Below, piece by piece: positions 17,751 through 25,954 of a stretch of DNA of 41,146 nt. The notes below the pieces were generated by a model. It saw only the letters and a program-made list of their open reading frames with translations. It had not been told where the DNA came from and did no database searches. Every line of letters starts with the position of its first letter. Position 1 is the first letter of the stretch. The stretch is from a virus (Duplodnaviria; Caudoviricetes): the IMG/VR virus record IMGVR_UViG_3300037589_000052, positions 1 through 41,146 of that record; one strand, 5' to 3'. The translations under genes and the position numbers were made by a program.

Positions 17751-18308
17751 ATGCCACCGCCCAAGAAACTGGATCTGATCCCGCATGAAGTGCGCCAACG
17801 GCTTGCCATGGCGCTGCAAGAGCGCGGCTTTGCCGACATTGTCGCCGTGACAGAGGAATTGAACTTCTGGCTTGATGAGGCCGGACTTGAGATCCGTATC
17901 GGCAAGTCTGCTGTTGGCGAATACTCCAAGCTCTTGAAGAACCAGCGCGACGCCTTCGCCATGGCGGAAACCCTGCTCGGTGATTTCGACATCGAGCATG
18001 AAAGCACCATGCACAAGGTGCTGATGCAGATGATCGCCACCGCCGCCTTCCAGATGATGAATTCGGTCGCGGAAAAGGACGACACCGAATGGGATCCGAA
18101 AAGCCTCGCGCATTTGTCGCGCATGCTCAAAGACCTGATGCAATCGGCGGGACTGCGTGAGCGTTTGCGGGAGGATGAAGAGCGCCGCATTGCGCGCAAG
18201 GAACGGGAACGGCTCGCAGGCGAGATCGAGCAGAAAGCCCATCAACTCGGCATGACCCGCGACACCGTTCATGCGATCAAGGCCGACATTCTGGGGGTCG
18301 ATGCGTGA
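17751..18308 (+). CDS. Mu gp27-like protein (DUF3486, putative small terminase)
   Basis: KLDLIP...IGKSAVGEY; directly upstream of the large terminase. Confidence 0.78.
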   Translation: MPPPKKLDLIPHEVRQRLAMALQERGFADIVAVTEELNFWLDEAGLEIRIGKSAVGEYSKLLKNQRDAFAMAETLLGDFDIEHESTMHKVLMQMIATAAFQMMNSVAEKDDTEWDPKSLAHLSRMLKDLMQSAGLRERLREDEERRIARKERERLAGEIEQKAHQLGMTRDTVHAIKADILGVDA

Positions 18309-19993
18309 CCGCCACCGCAATCACCGACGCCGAGTGGGAAGCGCAACGCGCCGCTGACCGTCAGATGCTGCCGGGCGTGCTCAATGAGAGCATGGACCTG
18401 CCGCATGTGCTTTTGTCCTATCAGCAGCAGCTTTTGCAGACGACCGCCCTTTATCAGTTCGTGGTCTGCGAGAAATCGCGCCGGATCGGTATGACATGGG
18501 CGGTGGGCGCTGACGCGGTCCTGACCTCTGGCCTGGCCCGTTCCGAGGGCGGTATGGACACGCTTTACATCGGGTTTAACCTCGATATGGCGCGCGAGTT
18601 TATCGACACCTGCGCCATGTGGGCCAAAGCGTTCATGCCCGCCGCCAGTTCGGTGCAAGAGTTCCTATTCAAGGATCAGGAAGAGGGCAAGGAGGAGCGC
18701 GACATTCAGGCCTTCCGCATCCGCTTTGCATCTGGGTTCGAGGTCGTCGCGCTTTCCTCCAAGCCCCGCTCGCTGCGTGGCCGCCAGGGCTACGTAATCT
18801 TTGACGAAGCCGCCTTCCACGACGAGCTCGAGGAAATGCTCAAGGCTGCAAACGCCCTTTTGATGTGGGGCGGCAAGGTTCTCGTGATCTCGACCCATGA
18901 TGGCGACGCCAACGCCTTCAATGTGCTGGTGCGCCAAGTCAACGAAGGTGAGAAAGGCGACACTGCCAAAGTGGTGCGTGTCACCTTCAACGACGCGGTC
19001 GACGCCGGGCTTTATGAACGCATCGCTCTGATCCAGCGCGCCCAAGGTCGTGAGCCAATGGGCAAACAGAAATGGATCGACAGCACCCATGCGGTCTATG
19101 GCGACGACGCCGACGAAGAGTTGCACTGCATCCCCAAGGCGGGCACCGGGGCGTGGTTGACCGCGCCGCTCATCGAGGCGCGCATGAATGCGGATGCGCC
19201 CTGTCTGGAACTGGAACTGCCCGGCGACTACCTGCAGCGCAGCACTGCCGAGCAACGGGAGCTGATGCGCCCCTTTATGGAGCGCCTAGAAGAAGTGTTG
19301 GACGCGCTGCCACTCGACGTCCTCTATGCGCTTGGGTTCGACTTTGCCCGCGTGGCAGACCTCTCCGTCCTCTGCCTCCTCGCCATCGAGAAGAACATGC
19401 ACCGCCGCGAAGCGCTCTCCATCGAGATGCGCAACGTGCCCGGCAACGAGCAGAAGCTGATCGTGGGCATGGTGATGGAGCGGATCCGCACCCGCTGCGT
19501 CGGCGCGGCCTTTGACGCAACCGGCATGGGCTGGACCGTGGCCGAGGATATGGGGCGCAAGTTCGGCCTCAAGGAAGGTGACGACAGTCCCGGCATGGTC
19601 TGGGCGATCAAGTTCAGCCAGGACTGGTATCGCGTAAACATGCCGCCCCTGAAAACCGCCTTTGAGGAAGCCACGCTCTCGATTGGGCGCTGGGACGCTC
19701 ACATGGGCGACCTGCGGGCCGTCAAAAAGATACGCGGCATCCCCCGCGTACCAGAGATCCGCGAAGCCGACGCCAAAGGCAAGAAACGCCACGGCGACTA
19801 CGCCATCGCATTGGCGCTGGCGCATTTTGCCTCCCGCATGCGCTGGGTCGAAATCGCCTACACGCCCGTGCCCGACAATCGTAACAGCGAGCCCCCAGAA
19901 GGGCGCATGGGACTGACCGTTGAAGAACAAGACGCGCTGGACCGTCCGTGGTGGCAAGAACCACTCGGCGCATCCATTCGCGGAGGCTTGTGA
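18305..19993 (+). CDS. Large terminase subunit (Mu gp28-like)
   Basis: KSRRIGMT Walker A; VIFDEAAF Walker B; ISTH coupling motif; nuclease residues GFDFAR, DATGMG, HGD. Confidence 0.93.
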   Translation: MTATAITDAEWEAQRAADRQMLPGVLNESMDLPHVLLSYQQQLLQTTALYQFVVCEKSRRIGMTWAVGADAVLTSGLARSEGGMDTLYIGFNLDMAREFIDTCAMWAKAFMPAASSVQEFLFKDQEEGKEERDIQAFRIRFASGFEVVALSSKPRSLRGRQGYVIFDEAAFHDELEEMLKAANALLMWGGKVLVISTHDGDANAFNVLVRQVNEGEKGDTAKVVRVTFNDAVDAGLYERIALIQRAQGREPMGKQKWIDSTHAVYGDDADEELHCIPKAGTGAWLTAPLIEARMNADAPCLELELPGDYLQRSTAEQRELMRPFMERLEEVLDALPLDVLYALGFDFARVADLSVLCLLAIEKNMHRREALSIEMRNVPGNEQKLIVGMVMERIRTRCVGAAFDATGMGWTVAEDMGRKFGLKEGDDSPGMVWAIKFSQDWYRVNMPPLKTAFEEATLSIGRWDAHMGDLRAVKKIRGIPRVPEIREADAKGKKRHGDYAIALALAHFASRMRWVEIAYTPVPDNRNSEPPEGRMGLTVEEQDALDRPWWQEPLGASIRGGL

Positions 19994-20073
19994 AAGGACA
20001 CATCATGACCGCATCCAATCCAGCCCTTACCCGAGCGCGGCCTCCCGGTCGCGCCAACATGGGGAGCTGATCC

Positions 20074-21735
20074 ATGGCGAAAACCCCGACCTTGCTCGAC
20101 CGCTGGGGAAACCCGGTTCGGCGCGCGGATCTCAAACACCAGGAGGAGCCCTCCCTCATCGGCGGGGTCCGAAGCCCGCTCACTGGATACCCCGGAGATG
20201 GGCTGAACCCCGGACGCTTGGCCGCCATTCTCAAGGATGCGGACGCTGGAGATCCCATCCGCTATCTGGAACTGGCGGAAACCATCGAGGAGCGGGACGC
20301 ACATTATCTCGGGGTCTTGGGAACCCGTCGCCGCTCCATCTCGCAGTTGGACATCACGGTGGAACCCGGAGAGGACACACCGCTTGGCGAAGAGATCGCC
20401 GAGCGCGTGCGCAAGTGGCTCTTGCGCGATGAGCTGACGGACGAGCTGTTCGAAATCCTCGACGCCCTGGGCAAAGGCTATTCCTTCACCCACATCCGCT
20501 GGGATACCTCCGAGGGGCAGTATGAACCCGCGACGCTCGAGTATTGCGACCCACGCTGGTTCCGCTTTGACCGCAAGGACCTGAAAACGCCTCGGATGCT
20601 GAACCCGGAAACCGGCCAAGAAGAGATCTTGCCGCCCTTCCAGTACATCTACGCACCGATGAAAGCGAAATCCGGCCTGCCGCTTCGCTCCGGTCTGGCG
20701 CGGGTGGCGCTCTGGGCGTGGCTCTTCAAGGCCTACACCCAACGGGACTGGGCGATCTTCACCCAGACCTATGGTCAGCCCTTGCGGATTGGCAAATATG
20801 GCCCCGGCACCTCCGAGGATGACCGCAAGACCTTGTTCAAGGCCGTTGCCAATATTGCCGGAGACTGCGCCGCGATCATTCCCGAAAGCATGATGATCGA
20901 GTTTCAGGAGGCCAAGAGCATCGGAGCCTCCACCGATCACTATGAGCGTCGGAGCGACTGGCTAGACAAGCAAACCTCCAAGCTGGTGCTCGGCCAAACC
21001 GCCACCACCGACGCGGAGACCGGCGGCTTGGGGTCCGGCAAAGAACACCGCCAAGTGCAGGAAGACATTGAGCGCGCGGATGCCAAACAACTCGGCGCAA
21101 TCATCAACCGCGATCTGATCCGCCCGTGGATCCAGCTTGAGTACGGCCCCGACGCGCCTGCCCCGCGCCTGAAAATCGGCCGCCCGGAGCCGGAAGACCT
21201 GGTAGCCTTCTCCAATGCGCTGAACCCGTTCATCCAGAATGGTCTGCGCGTGAAGCAGTCCGAGATCCTCGCAAAGTTCGGTCTCTCCGATCCGACGCAG
21301 AAAGAGGCTGCACTCGGCGGATCAGCGGCAAATTCGCCCGAAAATGGCCCGCAGGCCGCATCTGCGACCGGGCAATCGGATGGGATGGCCCCACAGAGCG
21401 AATTTAAATGCCGGTTAAACGCCTATCTCGACAATTTGGGGGGCGATGGTGCGCTGCAGGCTGAGGAGGCCCCTGAGAGGCGCTCTGAGGCGCTGCCGCC
21501 AGAGGCGATGCTTGCGGCGCGCCTCGAAACAGAGGCGCGCGCTGGGATGGGCAGCATGCTTGGCCGCATCGAGGAGATGCTGAAAGCCGCCGGGAGCTTT
21601 GAAGAGTTCCGCGAAATGCTGCTCGCCAGCTCAGATAAGATTGATGCGGCGGAACTGGAGGCCGTTCTGTCAAACGCCGTGCTCGCGGGCGAGCTTGGTG
21701 GGCGCGCGATGATCGAGGACGAAGCCGATGGTTGA
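20074..21735 (+). CDS. Portal protein (Mu gp29, DUF935)
   Basis: YGQPLRIGKY and SKLVLGQTATT motifs; synteny. Confidence 0.9.
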   Translation: MAKTPTLLDRWGNPVRRADLKHQEEPSLIGGVRSPLTGYPGDGLNPGRLAAILKDADAGDPIRYLELAETIEERDAHYLGVLGTRRRSISQLDITVEPGEDTPLGEEIAERVRKWLLRDELTDELFEILDALGKGYSFTHIRWDTSEGQYEPATLEYCDPRWFRFDRKDLKTPRMLNPETGQEEILPPFQYIYAPMKAKSGLPLRSGLARVALWAWLFKAYTQRDWAIFTQTYGQPLRIGKYGPGTSEDDRKTLFKAVANIAGDCAAIIPESMMIEFQEAKSIGASTDHYERRSDWLDKQTSKLVLGQTATTDAETGGLGSGKEHRQVQEDIERADAKQLGAIINRDLIRPWIQLEYGPDAPAPRLKIGRPEPEDLVAFSNALNPFIQNGLRVKQSEILAKFGLSDPTQKEAALGGSAANSPENGPQAASATGQSDGMAPQSEFKCRLNAYLDNLGGDGALQAEEAPERRSEALPPEAMLAARLETEARAGMGSMLGRIEEMLKAAGSFEEFREMLLASSDKIDAAELEAVLSNAVLAGELGGRAMIEDEADG

Positions 21736-22882
21736 TCTCGCGGCTAGTTTTCGCAAACCCTTTGCCGAACAAGTCGCCGCCTTTCGCCTTCGCCTCGGGG
21801 ATCTGGTGCCCACCGCGCGCTGGGATGACATCGAGCGCAGCGCCCATGATCGCGCTTTCATGGTTGCGGGGGCGGTGAAGGCTGACTTGCTGACCGATCT
21901 TGGGGCTGCGGTAGACAAAGCCATCGCTGCCGGAACCGGGTTTGAGACCTTCAAGCGCGATTTCCGGGAGATTGTCGAGCGCAATGGCTGGCACGGCTGG
22001 ACAGGCGAAGGCACGCCCGGTGGTGAAGAATGGCGCATGCGGGTGATCTACCGCACCAACATGCGCGTGTCATATCAGGCCGGGCGCTTTGCCCAGTTGC
22101 GTGACGGCGGGTTCAAGTATTGGGTCTACCGCCACGGCGGATCGCACGACCCACGCCCCGAGCATCTGGCGCTCGACGGTCTGATCCTAGAAGCCGACCA
22201 CCCATTCTGGGCAATCTGGTTTCCGCCCAATGGCTGGGGCTGTTCCTGCCGGGTCTTTGGCGCGCGCTCCAAAGCCGCCGCGATCCGGCGCGGTGGCAAT
22301 CCAAATGTGAAGCTCCCGACAGGCTGGGACGCGCGCGATCCGCGCACAGGCGCGCCACAAGGTATCGACCGGGGCTGGGACTATGCGCCGGGCGCAAGTG
22401 CTGCCGACACCATCCTCGCCTTTCGCGACAAACTGGAAAACCTGCACGCGCAGCCCGCAACCGATCTGATTGAAAGCTGGCTTGATGGACCGTTTAAGCG
22501 CTGGTTTGAGGAACCGCGCGGCGCATGGCCGCTTGCACGTCTAAGCGATGCAGATGCGCGGAAAATCGGCTCTCAGCGTCGCGTGGCGGAACTCTCGGCT
22601 GAAACCCTTGCGAAACAGCGCCGGCATCACCCCGAGCTGAAGGTCGCGGAATACGCGCAGGCGCAAGCGACAATCAATCTTGCAACCCACCGCGTGCAGG
22701 ACGGCGAAAACAGTCTGATTTTCGTGCGCGATGATCCCAGTGCGCCGGGATACGTGCTGGTCGTAAAGGCAACGAGAACCGGGCAAGGTCTCTTTGTCAC
22801 GAGCTTCCGGCGGCTGACTTCAAACCAAACAAAGCGGGACGCAGAGATCGCCCGACTGATGCGTAAAGGTGACGGGGGCTAG
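21728..22882 (+). CDS. MuF (gp30) head morphogenesis protein with C-terminal BECR-like (PBECR2-type) nuclease extension
   Basis: MuF core (IYRTNMRVSYQAGR, RPEH, PPNGWGCSC, GWDYAPG) followed by about 120 aa with HHPEL..EY and a beta-rich YVLVVKAT..LFVTSFR end. The nuclease assignment is by pattern recall. Confidence 0.8.
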   Translation: MVDLAASFRKPFAEQVAAFRLRLGDLVPTARWDDIERSAHDRAFMVAGAVKADLLTDLGAAVDKAIAAGTGFETFKRDFREIVERNGWHGWTGEGTPGGEEWRMRVIYRTNMRVSYQAGRFAQLRDGGFKYWVYRHGGSHDPRPEHLALDGLILEADHPFWAIWFPPNGWGCSCRVFGARSKAAAIRRGGNPNVKLPTGWDARDPRTGAPQGIDRGWDYAPGASAADTILAFRDKLENLHAQPATDLIESWLDGPFKRWFEEPRGAWPLARLSDADARKIGSQRRVAELSAETLAKQRRHHPELKVAEYAQAQATINLATHRVQDGENSLIFVRDDPSAPGYVLVVKATRTGQGLFVTSFRRLTSNQTKRDAEIARLMRKGDGG

Positions 22883-22908
22883 GCGAGAACCGTTTGGGAG
22901 GGAAAGGC

Positions 22909-23009
22909 GCAGGCGGTGGGGCCTCCCTCCAGCAAGCTGGCAACCCCACATGGCGCTCCGATCAAATGATCGTGCTACGGCCGGGAGTATATCACCGTGT
23001 CACGCCTGC
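22909..23009 (+). ncRNA. Candidate structured RNA (multi-stem junction with loop-loop pseudoknot)
   Basis: Closing stem GCAGGCG/CGCCTGC; inner stems GTGGGG/CCCCAC, CCAGC/GCTGG, TGGCGC/GTGCTA, GATCA/TGATC, ACGG/CCGT; loop complementarity CTCCC/GGGAG. Confidence 0.6.
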
Positions 23010-23025
23010 AATGGAGATCATAGGC

Positions 23026-23511
23026 ATGTACACCTTGAAATTCAATAACGAGGGATTGGAGTTGCGCCTGAAGCAGCTGCAATCGCAGCTCGATGATATG
23101 TCGCCTGTGATGCAGGATCTGGGCGAGTTTCTGGTGCAATCGACCCAAGACCGCATGTTGAAAGGTCAGCAGCCAGACGGAACCCCCTTCGCGCCGCGCA
23201 CGGAAACCACTCTGGCGCTCTACGCTGCCAAGGGGTTTCGATTTGGCGCACAACCACTGAACAAGAGCGGTGAGATGCGCCAACAGCTCAACTATCAGGC
23301 CAGCGCCGATGGGCTAACGTGGGGCAGCAATGCAATCCAAGCGGCGGTCATGCAGTTCGGGGCAAGGCAGGGTGCGTTTGGGTCAAATGCTAAGGGCACC
23401 CCGCTGCCTTGGGGCAACATTCCAGCCCGTCCGTTTCTCGGCCTGTCCGACACTGATCGCAGCGCAGTTGTGGAGGAGTTGGAGGGTTGGTTGGCACGAA
23501 ACCAGCAATGA
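23026..23511 (+). CDS. Virion morphogenesis protein (Mu gpG-like)
   Basis: GGAG RBS at 23013; QQPDGTPFAP, GSNAIQAAVMQFG and IPARPFLGLS motifs. Confidence 0.88.
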   Translation: MYTLKFNNEGLELRLKQLQSQLDDMSPVMQDLGEFLVQSTQDRMLKGQQPDGTPFAPRTETTLALYAAKGFRFGAQPLNKSGEMRQQLNYQASADGLTWGSNAIQAAVMQFGARQGAFGSNAKGTPLPWGNIPARPFLGLSDTDRSAVVEELEGWLARNQQ

Positions 23512-23660
23512 TCACCCGTAGAACCACATTACTTCGCCAAAGCTTTCCCTCCCGCGAAAGATACAACGCCCAAAGCCAGAACGGATTGAAGAACGCTGGC
23601 CAAATTTCTCAATATGCTGCAACCTATACGGGCTGTTTGTTTATTTTGGGAGGATCAGTT

Positions 23661-24317
23661 TTGGAAATAGTAGCACGAGCAAAGACATATACTTCTCTCT
23701 TTTCAGCTTTAATTCTCGCTCTTTCGCCATTCGCAGTCTCGGCGAATGAAGCACCGGCGGAGTTCTTCTTGTACGGATATGAGTTTGCCCCTTCTGAAGG
23801 AGACAGTTTTACCAGAACCAAAACCATTACCACTGGCGACCATCACTGCGAGAGCAGCTGCAAAGGTGAACCAACTCGAACGGGTTATCGGATAGAGGAC
23901 CGTGCGCAAGGGCCAAATGAACAAATAGTGGACGCTTCGCTATCGTGCGACTCTGGTTTGTGCGCATTTTCACAAGTCATCTCAGTCAATCATAATACCA
24001 CGTCGAGCTATGCAACATTCGATGTCTGGAGCCGTCCAATGAATTGGACCCTCACAACGACCTTTGTCCCAATCGAATGGGTTCAAGGTGACCGAAAGCA
24101 GATTGACAATGATCGCGTTGAGGCAGGTAGCGTTTTCCTAATCGAACATGATCGCAGGAACTTCATCGGGATCGACATGGATGTCGAAATTCCGAACCTC
24201 GGTCGGGTTCGCATGAATCCATCCTCACCACTTGAGCCCTACTTCTCGCTCATCAACAAATCCACGGTGGGGTTCACGGATACATATAGTATTCGCTTCA
24301 ATGGCACCTCAGGTTGA
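23661..24317 (+). CDS. Moron: secreted cysteine-containing hypothetical protein
   Basis: GGAGGA RBS before TTG; signal peptide (SLFSALILALSPFAVSA); 4 Cys; lower GC than neighbours. Confidence 0.7.
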   Translation: MEIVARAKTYTSLFSALILALSPFAVSANEAPAEFFLYGYEFAPSEGDSFTRTKTITTGDHHCESSCKGEPTRTGYRIEDRAQGPNEQIVDASLSCDSGLCAFSQVISVNHNTTSSYATFDVWSRPMNWTLTTTFVPIEWVQGDRKQIDNDRVEAGSVFLIEHDRRNFIGIDMDVEIPNLGRVRMNPSSPLEPYFSLINKSTVGFTDTYSIRFNGTSG

Positions 24318-24373
24318 CCGAACGAAGGTTTCCGATCACAATCAACTCCTGAGTGAGTAGAAAAGAGTATCGC

Positions 24374-24404
24374 GCCCCCGCACAGTCGGGGGCGTTTTTC
24401 GTTT
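24374..24404 (+). promoter_or_regulatory. Dyad plus T-tract element before the protease/capsid operon, copy 2
   Basis: GCCCCCGCACAGTCGGGGGCGTTTTTCGTTT; matches 15567-15598. Confidence 0.7.
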
Positions 24405-24428
24405 CTCAGCTGCGGCAGTTTAGCTGTC

Positions 24429-25511
24429 ATGAGCAGAGCATCGCATATCGCCATGATGGCCGCACAGGACCTCCCCTCCCCCCCAGAGGGGGCGGACGTT
24501 CCTGAATGGATCCAACTGACCCCAGCCGGACGTTTTGAAACCTTCGACGCGCGTGGCCCTTACGAGATCGCAGATCCGCAAGCCGTGATCGACGAAAGCT
24601 TCAAGGCACGGGGTGAGATCGAAATCGACGTCAATCACTCTTCGTTCACCGCCGCCAAGGCCGGGGGTGAGGCCCCTGCCCGCGGCTGGATCGTCGAGAT
24701 GCAATCCCGCGAGGACGGAATCTGGGGCAAAGTGCGCTGGACAAAAGAAGGCGCGCGCCTGGTTGCAGATCAAGCCTACCGCCGGATTTCGCCAGTCTTT
24801 CGTCTCGCCCATCCCGGCAGCAAGCGCGTCGTCGCGATCCTCAATGCTTCCCTCGTGAACCGTCAAAACCTGCGCGGGCTGGCCGCGCTCAACTTCGAAG
24901 AGGAGGAACGCATGTCGTTTCTGAAACAACTCGCGGGCGTGTTGGACCTCGGCGCGGATGCGACCGAAGACCAGGTCACGGCGGCGGTCAATCTGCTGAA
25001 AGACAGTGGTGCGACTGCCGTGGCCGCGCAATCTCAACTCAATGAGATTGCCACAATCCTTGGCGTTGATGCCGAAGGCGATGTGGTGGCTGCTGCCAAG
25101 GCAACGGCAGGCGGCGCACCGGATGCGGTCGCCCTGCAAGCTGCAATGACAGAGCTACAGGGCACCATTGCAGCGCAGGCGGAGCAGATCGCGGGACTTA
25201 TGGGCAGCGCATCCAAAGACAAGGCCGAAGCCTTTGTGGACGGCGAGTTCAAGAAAGGCCGCCTGATCCCGAAGGCACTGCGCGACCATTACATCGCCAT
25301 GCACCAGGAAGATCCGGCCCGCGTAGAAAAGGAAATCGCAGGAATGCCGATGCTGAACAGCGCCGGGGTGCCTCATCTCTCCCCGCCCAGCGAGGACGGC
25401 AAAATCGCGATGAACGCCGAGCATCTCGCCGTCGCGGCCCAGCTCGGCCTTTCAGAGGAAGCCTATCTCGCCACGCTCGAAGGCGAAAGCAACGAAACGG
25501 GGGGCGCGTAA
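24429..25511 (+). CDS. Head maturation protease (Mu gpI-like)
   Basis: WIQLTPAG, IDVNH, APARGWI, YRRISPVF, ASLVNRQNL motifs. Confidence 0.9.
   Translation: MSRASHIAMMAAQDLPSPPEGADVPEWIQLTPAGRFETFDARGPYEIADPQAVIDESFKARGEIEIDVNHSSFTAAKAGGEAPARGWIVEMQSREDGIWGKVRWTKEGARLVADQAYRRISPVFRLAHPGSKRVVAILNASLVNRQNLRGLAALNFEEEERMSFLKQLAGVLDLGADATEDQVTAAVNLLKDSGATAVAAQSQLNEIATILGVDAEGDVVAAAKATAGGAPDAVALQAAMTELQGTIAAQAEQIAGLMGSASKDKAEAFVDGEFKKGRLIPKALRDHYIAMHQEDPARVEKEIAGMPMLNSAGVPHLSPPSEDGKIAMNAEHLAVAAQLGLSEEAYLATLEGESNETGGA
24912..25511 (+). CDS. Putative scaffolding protein from in-frame internal start (Mu gpZ-like)
   Basis: GAGGAGGAACGC-ATG right after the protease domain, followed by Ala-rich helical sequence; same arrangement as Mu I/Z. 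Confidence 0.65.
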   Translation: MSFLKQLAGVLDLGADATEDQVTAAVNLLKDSGATAVAAQSQLNEIATILGVDAEGDVVAAAKATAGGAPDAVALQAAMTELQGTIAAQAEQIAGLMGSASKDKAEAFVDGEFKKGRLIPKALRDHYIAMHQEDPARVEKEIAGMPMLNSAGVPHLSPPSEDGKIAMNAEHLAVAAQLGLSEEAYLATLEGESNETGGA

Positions 25512-25943
25512 ATGCCTGCACTGACCGAAGACCGCAATACGCAGCAGCTGATCGGCAACCGGCGCGAAGGCCCGCTGGCCGCCGCGACGCTGGTTTATAC
25601 CGGATCCATCGTTCTGCGCGCCGCCAATGGGTATCTGCATGAAGGCCATACGGCGACCGGCATGGTCGGCGTCGGCGTGGCAGAAAAGCGCGGTGACAAC
25701 CGCACCGGTTTCGATGGTGACGAAGCCCTGCGTTATTGCATCGGCACCTTCCAGTTCGCCAACTCCGCCGCTGCCGATGAGATCACCCAAACCGACATCG
25801 GGGCGCTTGCTTACGTGGTGGATGACCAGACCGTTGCCAAGACCGATGGCACCGGCACGCGCTCACCCGCAGGCGTGATCGACGGCGTGGACGCCCAAGG
25901 CGTCTGGGTCCGCTTTGACGAAGCCCTGACCAAAGCCTTCTGA
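25512..25943 (+). CDS. Probable capsid decoration/cement protein
   Basis: Between protease and capsid genes; Gly/Ala-rich beta pattern ending GVWVRF. Confidence 0.65.
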   Translation: MPALTEDRNTQQLIGNRREGPLAAATLVYTGSIVLRAANGYLHEGHTATGMVGVGVAEKRGDNRTGFDGDEALRYCIGTFQFANSAAADEITQTDIGALAYVVDDQTVAKTDGTGTRSPAGVIDGVDAQGVWVRFDEALTKAF

Positions 25944-25954
25944 AAGGACTGACA

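Noticed and set aside
22909-23009. Canonical tRNA gene
   Set aside because: Multi-stem fold, but no TTC T-loop, no 7-nt anticodon loop and no CCA end.
22894-23025. N-terminal extension of gpG (TTG start at 22894) or a small immunity ORF
   Set aside because: ATG 23026 has a good RBS and a family-typical start. The upstream part translates to non-protein-like sequence and is strongly base-paired.
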